DNA from: Styela clava
Lineage: Eukaryota
DNA: 64,000 nucleotides
Assembly (NCBI RefSeq): GCF_964204865.1
Contig: NC_135262.1
Location: 6,014,001 to 6,078,000, forward strand
Direction: 5' to 3'
Made by a program: the position numbers and the translations under genes. Shown here piece after piece: positions 21,601-36,600 of this stretch (within the stretch, counting starts at the first letter, position 1; each line of letters begins with the position of its first letter). The notes under the pieces were generated by a model, which saw only the letters and a list, made by a program, of their open reading frames with translations, did not search any database and had not been told where the DNA came from.

Positions 21601-24600
21601 GCCGGATTATAGTGCTCCGCGGGCCGGATCCGGCCCGTGGGCCGTAGGTTGCCGACCCCTGATTTAGATGACTCAAGTCAATTTCAGTCTTTAATAACTG
21701 GTGGCTCGAGTAAAACTCAGGTCGAGTTAATGACTCAAGCCTCCTCAATACTATGAAATACCAGTTATTGCCGATAAATGGGCGCTCCAGAAGTACGTGT
21801 ACCAATATGGAGGTAACTAATTTTGTTCGCCTACTTTACATCAAGTTGTGTAAAGTGTCTGAAACCTATGGGCAGGGGTTACATTCACTTGGCTAACACA
21901 AACAGTCCCCGAACTCGTAATAGAACTAAAATAGGGAAACTCAGAATAAAATTATGCCCTATGTACCCGAGGCTCAATATTAAAATACCAGTTATTACAC
22001 ATAAATGTAATTCCGTGCAAAATGATAAACATTCTGAGACAATGGCCTATTATATATAAGTGTGTGCAGGTGTAGGATCTTGTTTGGAGGAAAGATGAAA
22101 GAAACCTCAATCTAATCTAAAAATGTTGAAACATACCTTTATCTTATCCATCTTATCTTCGTTATCTTTATTGATATCATCAATCTTGATTTTGTATTCT
22201 TTTTTCACAGAAGATAACGACTCCTCGTAACTTGTTTTAGTGTCAGCGATTTGTCGCCTGAAAAAAATTATACAAAATTTAGCGAACTGCTCTGACCAGT
22301 AGCATATTGCGATATTGACTTTGCACTATGTCCTTGACAAGGTAGAGCAGGGGTTCACAGCCTTTTTCTCTCATTTATCCCTTGGTAAATTTCAAAGTGT
22401 AAGTATCATAAGCGTTTTTTCGGTAATTCAAATGTGGATCTGTGTTTTTGTACATGAATTTCATAAAATAAAGTAACAGGAATCGCTTAAGCCCTGACCA
22501 TCCTTGTCCAAGTGGTAAATTTGCATCTGTTTGAAAACCCAACCATGTCCCACTATGTTTGACGATATGCTACACTTTTCCTGGGAACCCCCAACCCAGA
22601 AAAGAAAAGTGAGTAGAACATACTCATGGTATTCTTTTATTTGTTTGAGACTATTCTTCAATTGTTCAATTTCTTCGATATATTCCTGAACTGTTTGTTG
22701 TAAATGTGACTTGTTGTCTTTAAGTTCCTTGCGAAGTTTTTCAGTTTCCTATAAAATAAAACGAATTTTATAATATAACAATATTTAGAAAAAATATGTG
22801 ATTTGAAAAAATCTAAACCCTCGCGGCAACTGTCTCCGTGTTCCCAAGAATGAAATTACAACGGTGGAAGTTTATATGAAATATAGGAACAATTAAAAGG
22901 TAAACGCCCTTTTAGCGACAACAACAATCTGTAACCACTGGAAATTTCAAAGAAATTTATCTAGTAATAAAAAAGAAAAGTGATTTTTTTCATAACAGCA
23001 ACAAGAAAAATACTAACAAGAACAACAACAACATAATACCAAAACGATACATAAATACATTTTGTGTCCAATAAGTCCATATTGCAGTGCCCAAATGTCT
23101 ACGACCAACAACATACTTGAATTTGCTAAAAACGGTTTTAAAGAAAAATATACCTGTTTATGCCTAGCTTCATTTCTTTCCATTTCTCTCTGTTGTTTTT
23201 GAGCTAAATTCAATAATTTTTTATCCATGTCAGAAGTCATTTCTATTCTTGCTTTCTCAACCATAGATAATTGCTGCATTAGTCTTTCAACCTGAAATTA
23301 TAACTACAATTTTCCTATACGTAAGGCAAATTTGAATGATCTATATCCTGTAGAATGGACATGGCTTGGGAACATGAAAAAAGGCAGATTAGACTTGAAA
23401 GATTAGATTCTGACTATACAATAATATATTTGACTTGAATCTTCATCCAATGGCTAAGCGAAATTCGAATAAGTTCAGATTCGACTTAAAACTCTGATTT
23501 GGGCTGAACAAATTGAATTTGGCCTGAGCCTTGATCTTACAGCAGTGTGGGATTTGACTTAAGCACAGATTTGACTTAGAACTTTGGTTCCGGCTTGACT
23601 AAATTGAATTTGGCTCGAGCCTTAATTAAACAATTAAGTGAAATTTGAATTAAGCTCTGATTCGACTTGGAAATATTGGTTTCGACTGAACAAAATTAAA
23701 TTTGACTAAATCTGTTATCAAATAGCTAAGTGAAAAGTCAACACAAGCTTAGATTTGACTTGGAGTTTTGGTTTAGGCTTAACAAAATTGAACTTGACTT
23801 AAGCCTTAATTAAACAGCGAAGTGGGATTTGACTCAAGCTCTGATTTGACTTCGAACTTTGGTATCGGCTTAACACAATAAGCACAGCAAAAACAAAATG
23901 TGGCTTTGGGTGGAAAAAATTGTACCTTTTGTTTATGTTCCGAAGCCATTTCTTGCATTCTGGTGGCATCCCCGTTTTCAATCTCCATTAATTTTCCTTG
24001 TAATGTCTGACAATGTTCTGTCTGTTGTTTAACCACAGACCTCATTTTTGAAATTTGTGCTTCATAGTCATTGTGTATCCTGAAAATAAATTATAAAAGA
24101 TATCAAGTCTAGAGTGGAATTAGGATTAGAAAACTAAGGCGTGCAATGATAAAAATTACCTTTTACAAAGAAACATCAGCTGAGCTTGGGATATGGCTTC
24201 ATAGGCAATAACTGATGCATGTTCTCCTATTTCAGAAGGCTTCAACATTCTGTTCAATTGAAATAAATGAAAAAAATCAGGATCCATTGTGACGTTAAGT
24301 ATGGAAAGTTAATTCAAAACTAAAATAAACTGATTTTTCACAGTGGAAAATAAATTTGATTCTGAAATTTCAACTTGACCTTTGCTGTTAGCATGAGAAA
24401 TATTTCGACCTCAACTACTGGAACGTTGAACAGTAATAGGTTCAATTACTTCAGTCTAAATTTAAACTTACAGACTAACTCTGAATTCAAATATATAATA
24501 TACCCCCAATGCAGGAAAAGTTTACCCGGGAAGGGGTAAATTACCCAGATTGAAAACCCCTGGGCGTACCAGAAGTGTGTGTACCAATATCAACAATATG

Positions 24601-27600
24601 AAGGTAATTTTGTTCGCCTATTTTACATCAAGTTGTGTGAAGGGACCAAAACCTATGGGCAAGAGGTATATTCACTTGGCTAACACAGACAGTCCCCGAA
24701 CTCATATTAGAACTAAAATAAGGAAATTCAGAATAAAATTATGGCATAATCTGGTACATACACTATGGGAGTACCAACCCCTGCCCTAATGCCTTGGGGA
24801 CCCAATGGCCGGAAACACTCAGAAGACAGCTTGAGGGTGAGTAAACGACATACTTTGACAGAGAGGCATCTAATTCCAAAATCCTCGTTCCTATGTTAGT
24901 GAGGTTGCTAACATCTGATGACATGGAAGAAACATCTTTTGCCAGTTTTGTGAAAAAATCTGCTTCAACGTGGAGATCAAGGGTGGAAAAACTTGCTTCA
25001 GCGCCATGTAGCATTCCATAGTCAACCTTAAAAAAAGGATACTTTGAGTGATCAATTAGAGCAGGGTTTCCCAAACTGGGATCCGCGATGGCTGGACCAG
25101 GTGGCCACAACCCTTTCTCCCTGTCTTCATGTTGGCACAGTACTGGCGTTACCGTTACTTAAAAGCATTATTGGGGTTCCCTGAATTTCAGGTATTCTGT
25201 GAAAGTTTCTCATTATTGACAGGACTTTTTCAATTTCTCAATACCTATTTGCATGAAGCAATTTCTTCCTCTTTCACAATTATTAGGAATAAAAACAGAA
25301 GTCGCCTAAATAGTGTTGATATGTGCATAGGATTTCATTCAAAATCTTATGTAGAATCAAATTCCCATACAACAAATTTGGAAATTTTTTTCAGAGAATA
25401 GAAAAATCAAACCTGCTGTCTCCATAAAGGTAAATCATCCACGGTTTGAGCAAGTGACATTTTAGTGTCGACTTCCACTGCCAATTCCGATACAAGTTCG
25501 ATATCCCTGGTTTTACATGCATGAACGAGTTCATGTAACTTTTGTTGCAGCATGTCAGCACGATGTTGGGCTTCTTTTACATCTTGCGTCAACCTTGATA
25601 TTCTGTCATTGTACACCTGAGCAAGTGAAAATTTGGATCTTTTACAATTTTATTCAGCTATCACTATCATTACATGGTTTCCCAAACTCAATGTTATTAG
25701 GTACCCTTTGGACAATCTTAGATCGCTTGTGAAAACCCAAATTGCCTTCTGAACTGTGAATGTACACTCGATAGTTACTGTAGTTGTATTTAAAGCTCCC
25801 ACCTTGGGGAGGGGGAGTGACTTTCTGAAGAGTTGCTTAACTCACGTCTTCATATTATTACCACCAGGAGATAAAATATTTCAAAGTTATGGAAAGGTCA
25901 ATTCTTACACTCAATCTAATTTATCCCTTGAAAGTGTCTAGATGTATCCATGGGGGGTACAAGTACCCAAGTTTGGGAAACCCTGTTGTTAGACCATGGT
26001 GAGTCACTGCTGGGTAATCATCATTCGTTCCTGCGACTTGCCTTCCCGATAAAAGTGAGTGTTCACTTTTTGAAACAAATATTGATACATATTCAATTAA
26101 ACGATTGTGCTTCATGATGTCCAATACAGAAAATTTCAAATTGAGTTTTTATCCTGAGGATCTGACTTTAAAAACTGCAATATATAAAATTAATGCTTGC
26201 CTAGAGTCTACCCAAGAGCAATTAATATGATGATATGGATGACTGTCTTCTCTAGTGAAATGTTAAAGTAACCAACTTACATGAAGAACATAATGGATCT
26301 GTGCTTGAACAAGCGAAAGGTCGCCAGCTCCTTCTACATTAAAATTCCGATGCTTTGTTTCTTGTTGACGTTTCCGAGAACTCGAAGTTGACGACTCTGA
26401 GTCGTTTGTTGTCGGAGAAGACTTCCTCGTCGTTTCTTTAATCTGAAAATCCGCGAGTTCCCTCACAAAATGACTTTCTAGTAAAAGTTTTTCCGCAAGA
26501 ACACCAGCGTGTTTAAGCAATTCACTTTCTGCTCCGGGTGTTAATGTCTGCGGAAACACGCCCTTGGCGTCTGAATGTAGAGTTGCCGTCGGCGACGTAC
26601 TCGCTTCGTATCTCTCGAGCGAGGAAGCCATCTCAGCAACGACCATTGCTTGTAAACTGAGTTGTTCCGCTAGTAAGTTAGCAGTTTGATTTGAAAATAC
26701 TGAATTGTCATGGGGAAGATTATCCTGGGAATTGTGTGAGTTTGATAGAATGGAAGAAGAAAGTGCACTTTTAGATTGATGAGACGTTGTAGGTAAAATA
26801 GTTGTATCATTTGCTGATGACGATAGATTGTCGTTTACGTCCGCACTTGTTATTTTCAACTGATCTGTGAGCAGTTTGAGTTTATCTAATGTCATTTTTT
26901 CAATTTCCTTTTCATTTTGATCTCTTGATGCTGCGGTTTCGCTTGATTGATTTTGGTTGACTTGCGAATTGTTATAGTTTATTTGTATGCTTCCACCGTC
27001 AATAGTTTGCAATGTGTCTTCTAAAACCGATTCCAAAAACGGTAAAATATTTAGAGGTTCTTTGACAAATTTGTTACTTCGTACTTCAGCGATTTTAACG
27101 CGAAGTTCGTGTAAACATTGTCGGACTGAAAACCATTTCTTTTCGTCTTCTGCTATTTTCTTTTTCAAGTTTGTTATGGTTGTTCGATTTGCCTGAAGAG
27201 TCTCATGAACATCAGTACTAAAAAAAAATAAACGAAAATGCTGTAATTACAATTATCATAGTAACGTTTTATCATGTGAAAACATTTGCTTTAAATTTCC
27301 ATTTCAATTGTAGCAAGTTTGTGGAGTCTGGAAAAATTCAAAATTAACCCGACACTTTGGGTTAAAAAATTTTTGGATTCGACACTTTGGGTTTTCAACT
27401 CCAGCCTCAAGAAAATCGCATTTTTATAACAACTCTGACCCATGCAAGCCTTCTTTAATAGACTGTTAAGAACGCTTAATACTTTCAGCCAGCGTACCCA
27501 GGTGCAGTTGCGGGTCGTTACCATGCATAGCAATTTTTTCAGCTGGAAACTCTTTTTAGATCCTCAAGATACTTAAAACCCCCCCGTTTTCTGGCATCCG

Positions 27601-30600
27601 AGTGATCCGTCCAGACCCGCTGGAAGTTACAGTCTTACTTGGAAATTAAAAATTTCAACCCCCCCCCCATTTCAAAATTCCTGGCTATGCCCCTGCTTTC
27701 GACATCAGGAGAATATTATTCACGATGGTTAAATTTTTGACATCATTTGAATTTTCAACTTTTTCTAAACTGCGGAACACTTTTTGTACCCATACTTTTG
27801 CAGAACATCAGAAAAAAATTTCGGATTTTACCGAAATAATCGTTTCTAGTTGTCCGTTTCTCTTTTCAAATATCTGTCCAACTTAACAAGCGTAATTGAT
27901 AATAACGTGCGGTACGCGTTGTGATATCATCGCAAACTGCCTACTATTTGGCAGAAAAAATGATAAATTGAATTTCTGTTATGATGTTATAAAACTCAAC
28001 TAATTTTCATTATAATGCAACAAACTCGTCTTGAATCAAACAAGTGATTTTTGATTCGCAATCTAAAAAAAAAATATGCCAATTGGAAAAAAGTGAAACA
28101 ATAATTTGACGCAGAACACATGACCGTCATTTATGGAACACCGGGTGATAATCACTGATAATAACGATATTTCCCATCATTATTACCTTGATTGAGCAGC
28201 TTTTCTTGCTTCCTTCAAAGCTTTTATAACTTCTTCCAACCTCTGATGCGTTGAATCTAAATCACCTTCTTTCTTCCGCAACTAACGAGAGAGTATAAAT
28301 TTAAATAATGTTAAATTGAAAAGCTATTTCTGTCTAATAATCAGTGGTTGGGGATGCCAAAGAAATTTGAAATTTAAGCGTTTTTCAAGAAAATAAAAAA
28401 AGCGTATATACTCATTTCATCAATAAGTACGTAAATTTTCGATAAATCACAGAGACACTTAAAGTAGCGATACTGTTTTTTTGGTGCTCTCGAAGTATGC
28501 GAACCAAGATGGCGGACATCGGAACGTAACATGGGTAACAGGTTAGGGTTAGGCGATAATTTTTTTCCAATTTTCCTTATTTTAGTCCCATTATCAGTTC
28601 GAAGACTAGCCAAGAGCCTCCCGTAGTATTTATACCTAAAATTATGGCCTAACCCTAACCTAGTACACATATTACATTCCGATGTCCGCAATCTTGGTTC
28701 GCATACTTCGGGAGCCCCGTTTTTTTTTTTATAATAGGTATGCTTGTACAAAGTTTTTACAGAGACTTCAGATGGAAGTGAACCTGACTTTTGACAAATT
28801 CTATTTTGAGAAAAAAATTGAACTAATCAGATAATTTGATCTGGTCCGGCCTTGTTCAAAGCAAAAATCATAATAGGCATTGCATAAAAGAACATAATTT
28901 GAATTTTCTCAAAGTTACCTTGGATGTTAGGACTTCAATTTTCTCATCCTCTTTATTTTGTTTCATCATTTGATTTATGGAGGAACAAGAGGAATTGGAT
29001 CCTGCTTCATCAGATTCATCTGTTTCCCTTCTACGAGGATTCTCTAACGCTGACAAACGGGCAGCTAGCATTTGACCAGTGTCCTCCATTTCAGCTTCAA
29101 GTTCTGAAACTCGAGCCTAGAAAGTTAAAAAAAGAGATGATAATTTCACTGCAGTTTTGAGGTTATAAATTTGAGAAATTCTTGAGTAAATCAGTGCTAA
29201 GGAGGCTTGAGTAATAGACTCGACTCGCGTCACCATTCATTAAGTGGCCTGTAACATCACAATAGAATGACTTGGACTCACCATCCGCTAAGCATTACTA
29301 AAATTGACTTAACTACAGACTCTTGGCTTGAGGATTTCTACTCAGCACTGGAAAAAAAAATTTTTGACAATATATATCTCAATATCCTAAAGTGGGTAAA
29401 TTTTTGATTTATCGCTAAAACATTGAAAGTAGCATATACTGTTTTTTATTAAAAAGATCGCTTGTACAAAGGCTTTACAGGGACTTCAGACAGACAATTA
29501 TATGTAAGTGAACCAGGGACGAACATATATCTCAATATCACCCTGGGTAGTCATTGGTAGGGGCGAGCAAGGTTTTTGAACCAGGGGCCAAAAGTTTTGC
29601 CCACTTAGAATGGCGGGCCATGTAAGTGTGATGTAAAAAGTTACATTTTATGAACAATATTTACAGTATTACAAAGTAAAGTTGAAAAAAATAGGCCTTG
29701 TGTCATAACTAAATTTAACCGCAATCTCAACAAATTCCTTGAGTTATTTTAGCTGAAACATCAAAATTTAATTTCAGTTTGGTTGTGGCAGCATCAGGCG
29801 GGCCAGATTGAATTACCCAACAGCCGGATTTGGCCCACGAGCCATACTTTGCCCATGTCTGGTCACAGGCAACACTAGATTTGGAAAGATTCTGCCACAT
29901 AGAAAGTTACGGCCCCGATGTATTAGTGGCTGCATGTACAACAATAATAAATTGCTACCTTGAAGCTTCCACTTGTTTCTGATTTCAAGTTTGACCTTTG
30001 TGTTTTCGATCGTTTTTCCGATTTCGTTAATTCCATTTTCAAATCTCTTATTTTAGCATTTAGTTTTTCACTTTCTTGTTGCCTCGTTTGTAATCCTTGA
30101 TGAATCTGAGAAAAATGAAATTCATAGGAAATATTACATTGTGAATTTAGAAGAAATATCACTAAGACGTTAAAAAGTAGAAATACTGTTTGTTTTTTAC
30201 GAAATGTACGTTCGTATGAAAGAGACTTCAGACAGATATATGTATGTGAAGTTCAGGAATGGCCAAAACCGAATAATTCACTATTACAAATACATTCAAC
30301 TATTTTCGAATACATTCTAAATTGGGAGCAAGTTCATTTCTCATCGTGCAAAATTATATTAATCATTATATTATTCATGTTGATCACATTTAAAACGATA
30401 CAAACATGAAGATGTTGTTTGGAACAAGTTCGAGTTTTGACCTGCTTAAATTCCTTGATTTGAAAAAAAAAATGTTCTAAATTATTATTAAATATAAAAA
30501 TTTTATATTGAATATAATGAGTTTCGAATGTATTCAAGAACTTGATACGTTTTCGACATCTCTGATTAGTGAACATTTAATTAATTTTAATTATGAAATT

Positions 30601-33600
30601 GAAATTAATCAAAATGGTAACTGAAGACAAAATCTAAAAACCTATTTAAACTTTAAAACCAATATTTTTTAATTTTCTCATTTTTTTCTTAAAAATGAAT
30701 ACAGAAGTCAAACCTCGTCTTTGAGTCTTTTATTTTCATCCATTGCACCCTTGTAAGCGATTTCTAAGGCTTTTACTTTATCAAGATCTCCTTCATTATG
30801 ATAACTTGATAAATCCTGTAGGAAGGTATAAAAAATCATGTAAAGATTTAAGTGTATTAAAGTGACCCTAACCTCAGGAGGGGAATCTAATTTTTCTCAA
30901 CTCAGAGATCAGTAGTCGAATGTAAATTTCCCGACTCCTCAGCCCTGCATACAGCAGAGATTCTCAAACTTTTCAAATTCACTCAAAGGTGTTGCAAAAA
31001 CACTAAAAACCTGTGAAAAACTACCAAAAACCTTGCAAAAACTTTAAAAAACAACTCTTGTAATTTCCATATCATTCAGAAATTAAATTTTTGAATTTAT
31101 TTTATTTCTTGAGTGACAAATAAAAATCTCCGACTCAGACTTCCAATTCAAGAGAAAGAAAAATTAACTGAATTTGAAGATATCTCGCAGTTTGGGAACC
31201 CCTGGTTTATAACTATATGCGGACATATAAAAAAATTTAATTGTTACTAATGAAAAACTTTTTTGGGGATCATGTACCCAAATTTAACGTTATACCAAAT
31301 GGAATAGGTCGTAAATCAAGTTTTATATAAAAACTATGAAACCCAAACTTTATTCTGATTTAGATTATTCAATAAAGATGTTGAATAAAATGAATTTTAT
31401 CGCATTACCTGTTTGACATTATTTTCTCCCATGACATCTGAAATGCTGAGAAAACAAATATTGCAATTTTTATTAATTTTCCCAAAAAGAATTCACTATC
31501 TGATAAATGTTTTTCTGATTGTATAGACTTGAACTGTTCAAACATCATGTCCATCAGCACTCACTGTACTACCAAAAAACACAACAGCTTGTGACATTAC
31601 AGGGATCAGATATAACTTTACTCAAAAATGAGTTTCCTTCACTTCTGGGAGAATGCACATTAAAATTTATGTTGTATGTCACAACATTAAAACATAAAAG
31701 AGGAGTGTCACTGGGTTAAAAAAGACTCTTCGATTATCTTTGGCATGGGTGAAATTATAACGTATCGATCCGACTCAATTAAAACCTCTAAATTTGTTAC
31801 CAACAAAGTCTGATGACTAAAATGGAACTTTTTTCCTGCTCCAAATTTGAGCAGCATTAAAATGCATACATTTTGCTTATATTTTAAATAATGTAGAAAT
31901 ATTGAAATCCGAATTCCAGTACGGTATCGAGGTTCGCCATACTGATTCACACTAACCTGTTTCCAACACCTTTCAGAGATTCGAGTGAAGTATTGTCAAA
32001 TATTTCCAAACTTTCTTTTTGACTTTTTTCGAGGTGTTTTTCAATAGAATCAACCTGAGTGAAAGTTGTGATTTACATAAAATAGTGAGTATTAATTTAT
32101 ATGATAATAGTTTATGTGTTTTTATTTATTCAAATTTTTAGATGCATGCCTTTTCAGCTTTAAAACCCAATAATATGAAATGACATAGATCCAAAATTCT
32201 GAAATTCTGAAGAAAAAAAAATTCAAAACATTGCAAATAATACAGACTCCTCAATCTTCAACAGTCTACATTATCATATATTAATTAATTTTCAATGTAA
32301 ATTTTGAGGAAAAAGAAAACTCAATATTTGTCATTTCACCGCAACATATTTTTGATAGAAATACTATATGGCAAATTTGGGAGGAAGAAAAGATCTCTCC
32401 AATCTCGGCAATGTGTGTTACAATATGAAAATCTACCAAACAATGATTAAAAACATATGTAAAATTATTAAAGAGATGAAAGTCAAATCAAACCTCATCT
32501 TTCAAGCCATTTAAAGCGGAATACGAAGATGAATCTTTCGTTGGTGAAAATTGCTTAGTAGTCGAAGTCAAAAAGTTATCGAAATTCTCTATTTTCGTCC
32601 ACTCGCCAGCTGCTGACCTTGGCAACTGATAAAGTAAACAAACGGTGTTAAAACACGAAATACAAAAATGATAATTCCAGTTTTTATCAACCTTGGAGCC
32701 ATATCTATTTCCTACTTTAGAAGTGAAGTTATTGATAGTTGCAAAAATTATCTTTTCCGTGACTAGCATACCAATAGATCTAAAATTTTCAGTATTTGGA
32801 AATGATCGAAGCTGGTAAAAGTCTAATAGTTTTTTTTCAACTTCCTCTCACGATATTTCATCAAAATTTTTTTTACAATTCTAAATTATCCTAAAATTAA
32901 AAACATACAATTCAATCAATTTCGAATGTATGCGAATATTCAACTCATTTTTGACATCCTGCCAAAGATCAAATATTCAAAACAATGTCAAAATACACCA
33001 TAAAAATATTGGATTTTATCTGTACTCACAATGAAGTGTGGACTTTTAACAGAGACTGTTTCTTTAACATCCAAATCATTGGTCCGACTCGTAGTCTAAA
33101 AAAAAATAAAATCCTAAAAACTTTGTTGATGTATGTATCTGAATAGCCTAGTTAGTATTTTGTAACCCAAACTGGGTAACAATCTCCTTTTAACACAGGT
33201 CAAAATAATGTCTTTTAAAGCGTAATCACAATATTCTCGAAATGTTACTAAAATGCTTAAAACGAATCGGAGAAAAAATTTGATCAGAAGGATTAATTAT
33301 ATTACGAACCACAACCTCTCGACCGATTGCCAGTCCATGTCAGGTATGGGATTAGTTAGCCAGTGATTTGTTTCAGATGCATAGACGGAGAAAGCCGTAA
33401 CTTACAAACCATGAACCATCCTGTTATTATTTGTTGATGTGCCTAATATTACATAAACTTACCAATTTGGGTGATGTCACTACTGGAAATTTTTCCCTTT
33501 CCACTTTTTCATTCTCATGATTTGTCTCAGCTTGCTTTGCTTGGTGTTTCCTATCTTTTTTCTCCTCATGTTTGATTGCAAAATCAGTTAAGTTGACTCC

Positions 33601-36600
33601 ATCCACCTCGGGTTCAAGGACAATATCATTTGAATTATGCACAGCAGACCTGAAAAAGAGATTATAAATCTTTTACCATAAATCTAAATACTCGAGAATG
33701 AAATAAAGATGAAATTTAGCAATATCTGTAACTGATTGGGTTTGATATTAATAATTATTTTGTGCAGTTTTGTCTGTTTATTTTAAATTTGATAGATTTG
33801 CTCAACAAAATCATAATATTTGCAAATAATCGAAGTAACTATTCAATTTTGTCAGATAGTGGAGTGTGTGTCTCAGGACCCATCGCAATATATTGATGAG
33901 GCAAATACTTGTTGCAAATTAAAAATGAAAATTCGTGCCCAATTCCGCTAGAGTTGTAAATATGCAAATCAACCCAAACAATCATAAATTTAAAGTTTCA
34001 GATGGCCAATCGAAGTTTATTAAAACTCAAAAATATGCGTTTTCATCACTTTTTTATAACAGCTTTTCAGTCTTCGCACTTGGCAGAGCACCTATTTCGA
34101 TTGAAAGATTGGTGAATGAGTATACAGATGTGTCGAACAATACAGAAATGAAAAAAAAAAAAAAAAGATAAAACTTAAAAATCAATTGGCCCACTGGTTG
34201 CAGGTTGCCATCTCAGTTTCCTAAACTTACTATTTAATGTTTGTGACTCACAATATATTATCAACAAAAACAATACAACAAAGACAGTTAAAAGCAATAT
34301 TACTAAATCATTATAAAATAATTCTTGAATAAAAGAAAACTTCTTTTCATTAAATCCCACCTCAACTCTGCAAAATCATAAGTTCTTGATCTTCCTGTTT
34401 TTCTTCTATCTCTAATCCTCGCTCTTCTTTGTCGTTTTATCTCAACAGTAGTAACGTCATCAGCAGTTGTGCCGGAAATATAAGGAGGTGGAGATTTTTG
34501 TGCTTCCGGGATTATTTTCTCAATCTGAAAGAGAACAAAAATTTGAAGTGAAGAAGTGCTGCACAGCTTTTATTTAGAATAATTCATTATATTTTGTCCC
34601 AATTAGGAAAGAAATTTCAACTTTATCTCCAGAAAGTCAAAATCGACTAGACGTTGATCATATGATGAACCACAACCCCTCGTCCAGTTACCAGTCCAAT
34701 TCAGGTATGGTGATAGAATAGAACGTTTAGATGCATGAAATCGCTATTGAAGGAAGCTGTAACTTACCAGAGGTTTCTTGAACCACCCGGCGAAGACTTT
34801 AGCAGCAATCCTTTCGCAAATAAATATCCCCTACAACTATGAATTGTGGGTCACAAAGTAACACATGTTTTTTTGGTGACTCGCAAATTATTGCAAACAT
34901 TTCAGTAACTAAAACTGGCTTTAATTCAGTCCAACAAAATTCAAACTACTGTAGTATATCAGTAGGCAGGCAACAATGACGTCACAATAAAAAGTACTCC
35001 TGTAGTATGCGAACCAAGATGGCGGACACCGGAATGTAGTATGTGTACCAGGTCAGGGTTAGGCCATAATTTTATTCCCATTTTCCTTATTTTAGTTCTA
35101 TTACGAGTTCGGGACAAGCCAAGTGACTCCCGTAGTATTTGTTCCTGAAATTATGGCCCAACCCTAACCTGGTACACATACTACGTTCCGGTGTCCGCCA
35201 TCTTGGTTCGCATACTACAATGGTATCCAAAAAAATGCTTTCCAATTCTCGCAACTTGACTAATATTTGAGTTATCTAGATACTGATTTTGCCCGAGCGT
35301 ATACTCTGTGATAAAATATATCTATCTGAACATACCACTGCAGTAGATTTCAAGCATTTCTGTATAGAATTCATCCAATTCCTTCGAATCCCAGATGTGA
35401 CAGCAGCTAACAGCATTTCTTCATCATGAGTCTAAATTAATAATCAATATTAACTTGGTACGCATTTAATTTTGTTCGTATTTTTCAATAGAAATACTGA
35501 TTTATTTGTGGATTTTTTTGATAATTCTAAGTAATAGGAAACCCGAAAATATGGCCCAATCATACGGCAAGTCAATTGCCCACTCACCATTAGACACAAT
35601 ATTGCTATCCAGTTTATTATTTTAGTCAAACAGACTTGTTGAAGTGAGTGTTTGAGAGTGATAAAAGAAGTCATAGACGAAACATCGAACCCTTATCTGT
35701 TGACTCATTCCAGGCCAAAGTCATTTCATAAAAACAATTCTATTTGCATACTTAGAAAGAATGAATCCTGATAAGACAGGGAGTGTATTCATTCCAGTTC
35801 GTTATTCAATTCACAATACACACATTTCCTTATCGCCAATGAAATATTTACTTCCTTCAAAAACAATTTTTTGGTGTCCCTCAGCTAATATAAATTCAAC
35901 TCAGATTATCACAATTAATTGCAACTTCTAGACAGGAAATAACTTATTATCTTTCTAAATCACATGCATTCAAGATCAGACAATCATCAATCATAAATCG
36001 CAGATAATCAGATAAACTTTGACATGGAATACCTATAGGGATTTGATAGATATCCGGGATGGCCAAAAACGGATAAGCCACTATTCCGCATACGACATTT
36101 TCGAATATGGATTATATTTTAAATAACAAAGTTTGAAATTGATAATTTAAGAAATCTCGAGAAAAATGATTCAATCAATTCTCTAGGATAGCATTGTTTA
36201 AGGTTTCTAGAGATTGAATAAATGCATTTTATTTTTTTTTTGTTATAATGAGAGATACAAATTGATGAAATCAAGAATATCGAATATAACAAATTTTTAA
36301 TCGATTCAAATAGTCGTTTCACTGATAGATACAGAAATTATATCCAAACCAGATACATTTCCAGTCTAATACTCAATCTTTATCCCTTTTAAATTATACT
36401 TAATCCAAATAGGATTAAGTCATAATCTATTAAAATAAACAGAAAAAATTGAGTATATTGGATCGAATGCTTATTAGGAATGTACAGTATCATCTCCAAG
36501 TATGATCTAGGTTTGAAGTGGCTTTAATAAAAGGCTTAATTTGAGTAAACAAGTTGAAATACCCGATGAAAAATATGAACATTTATCGCTAATAATAATT

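Noticed and set aside
24380-24457. Possible extra MPRIP exon
   Set aside because: Stops in the required frame; exon 23 joins exon 24 in phase without it.
30441-30462. Possible micro-exon IKEFKQ
   Set aside because: The pyrimidine tract ends in CAA rather than AG, and the model is in frame without it.
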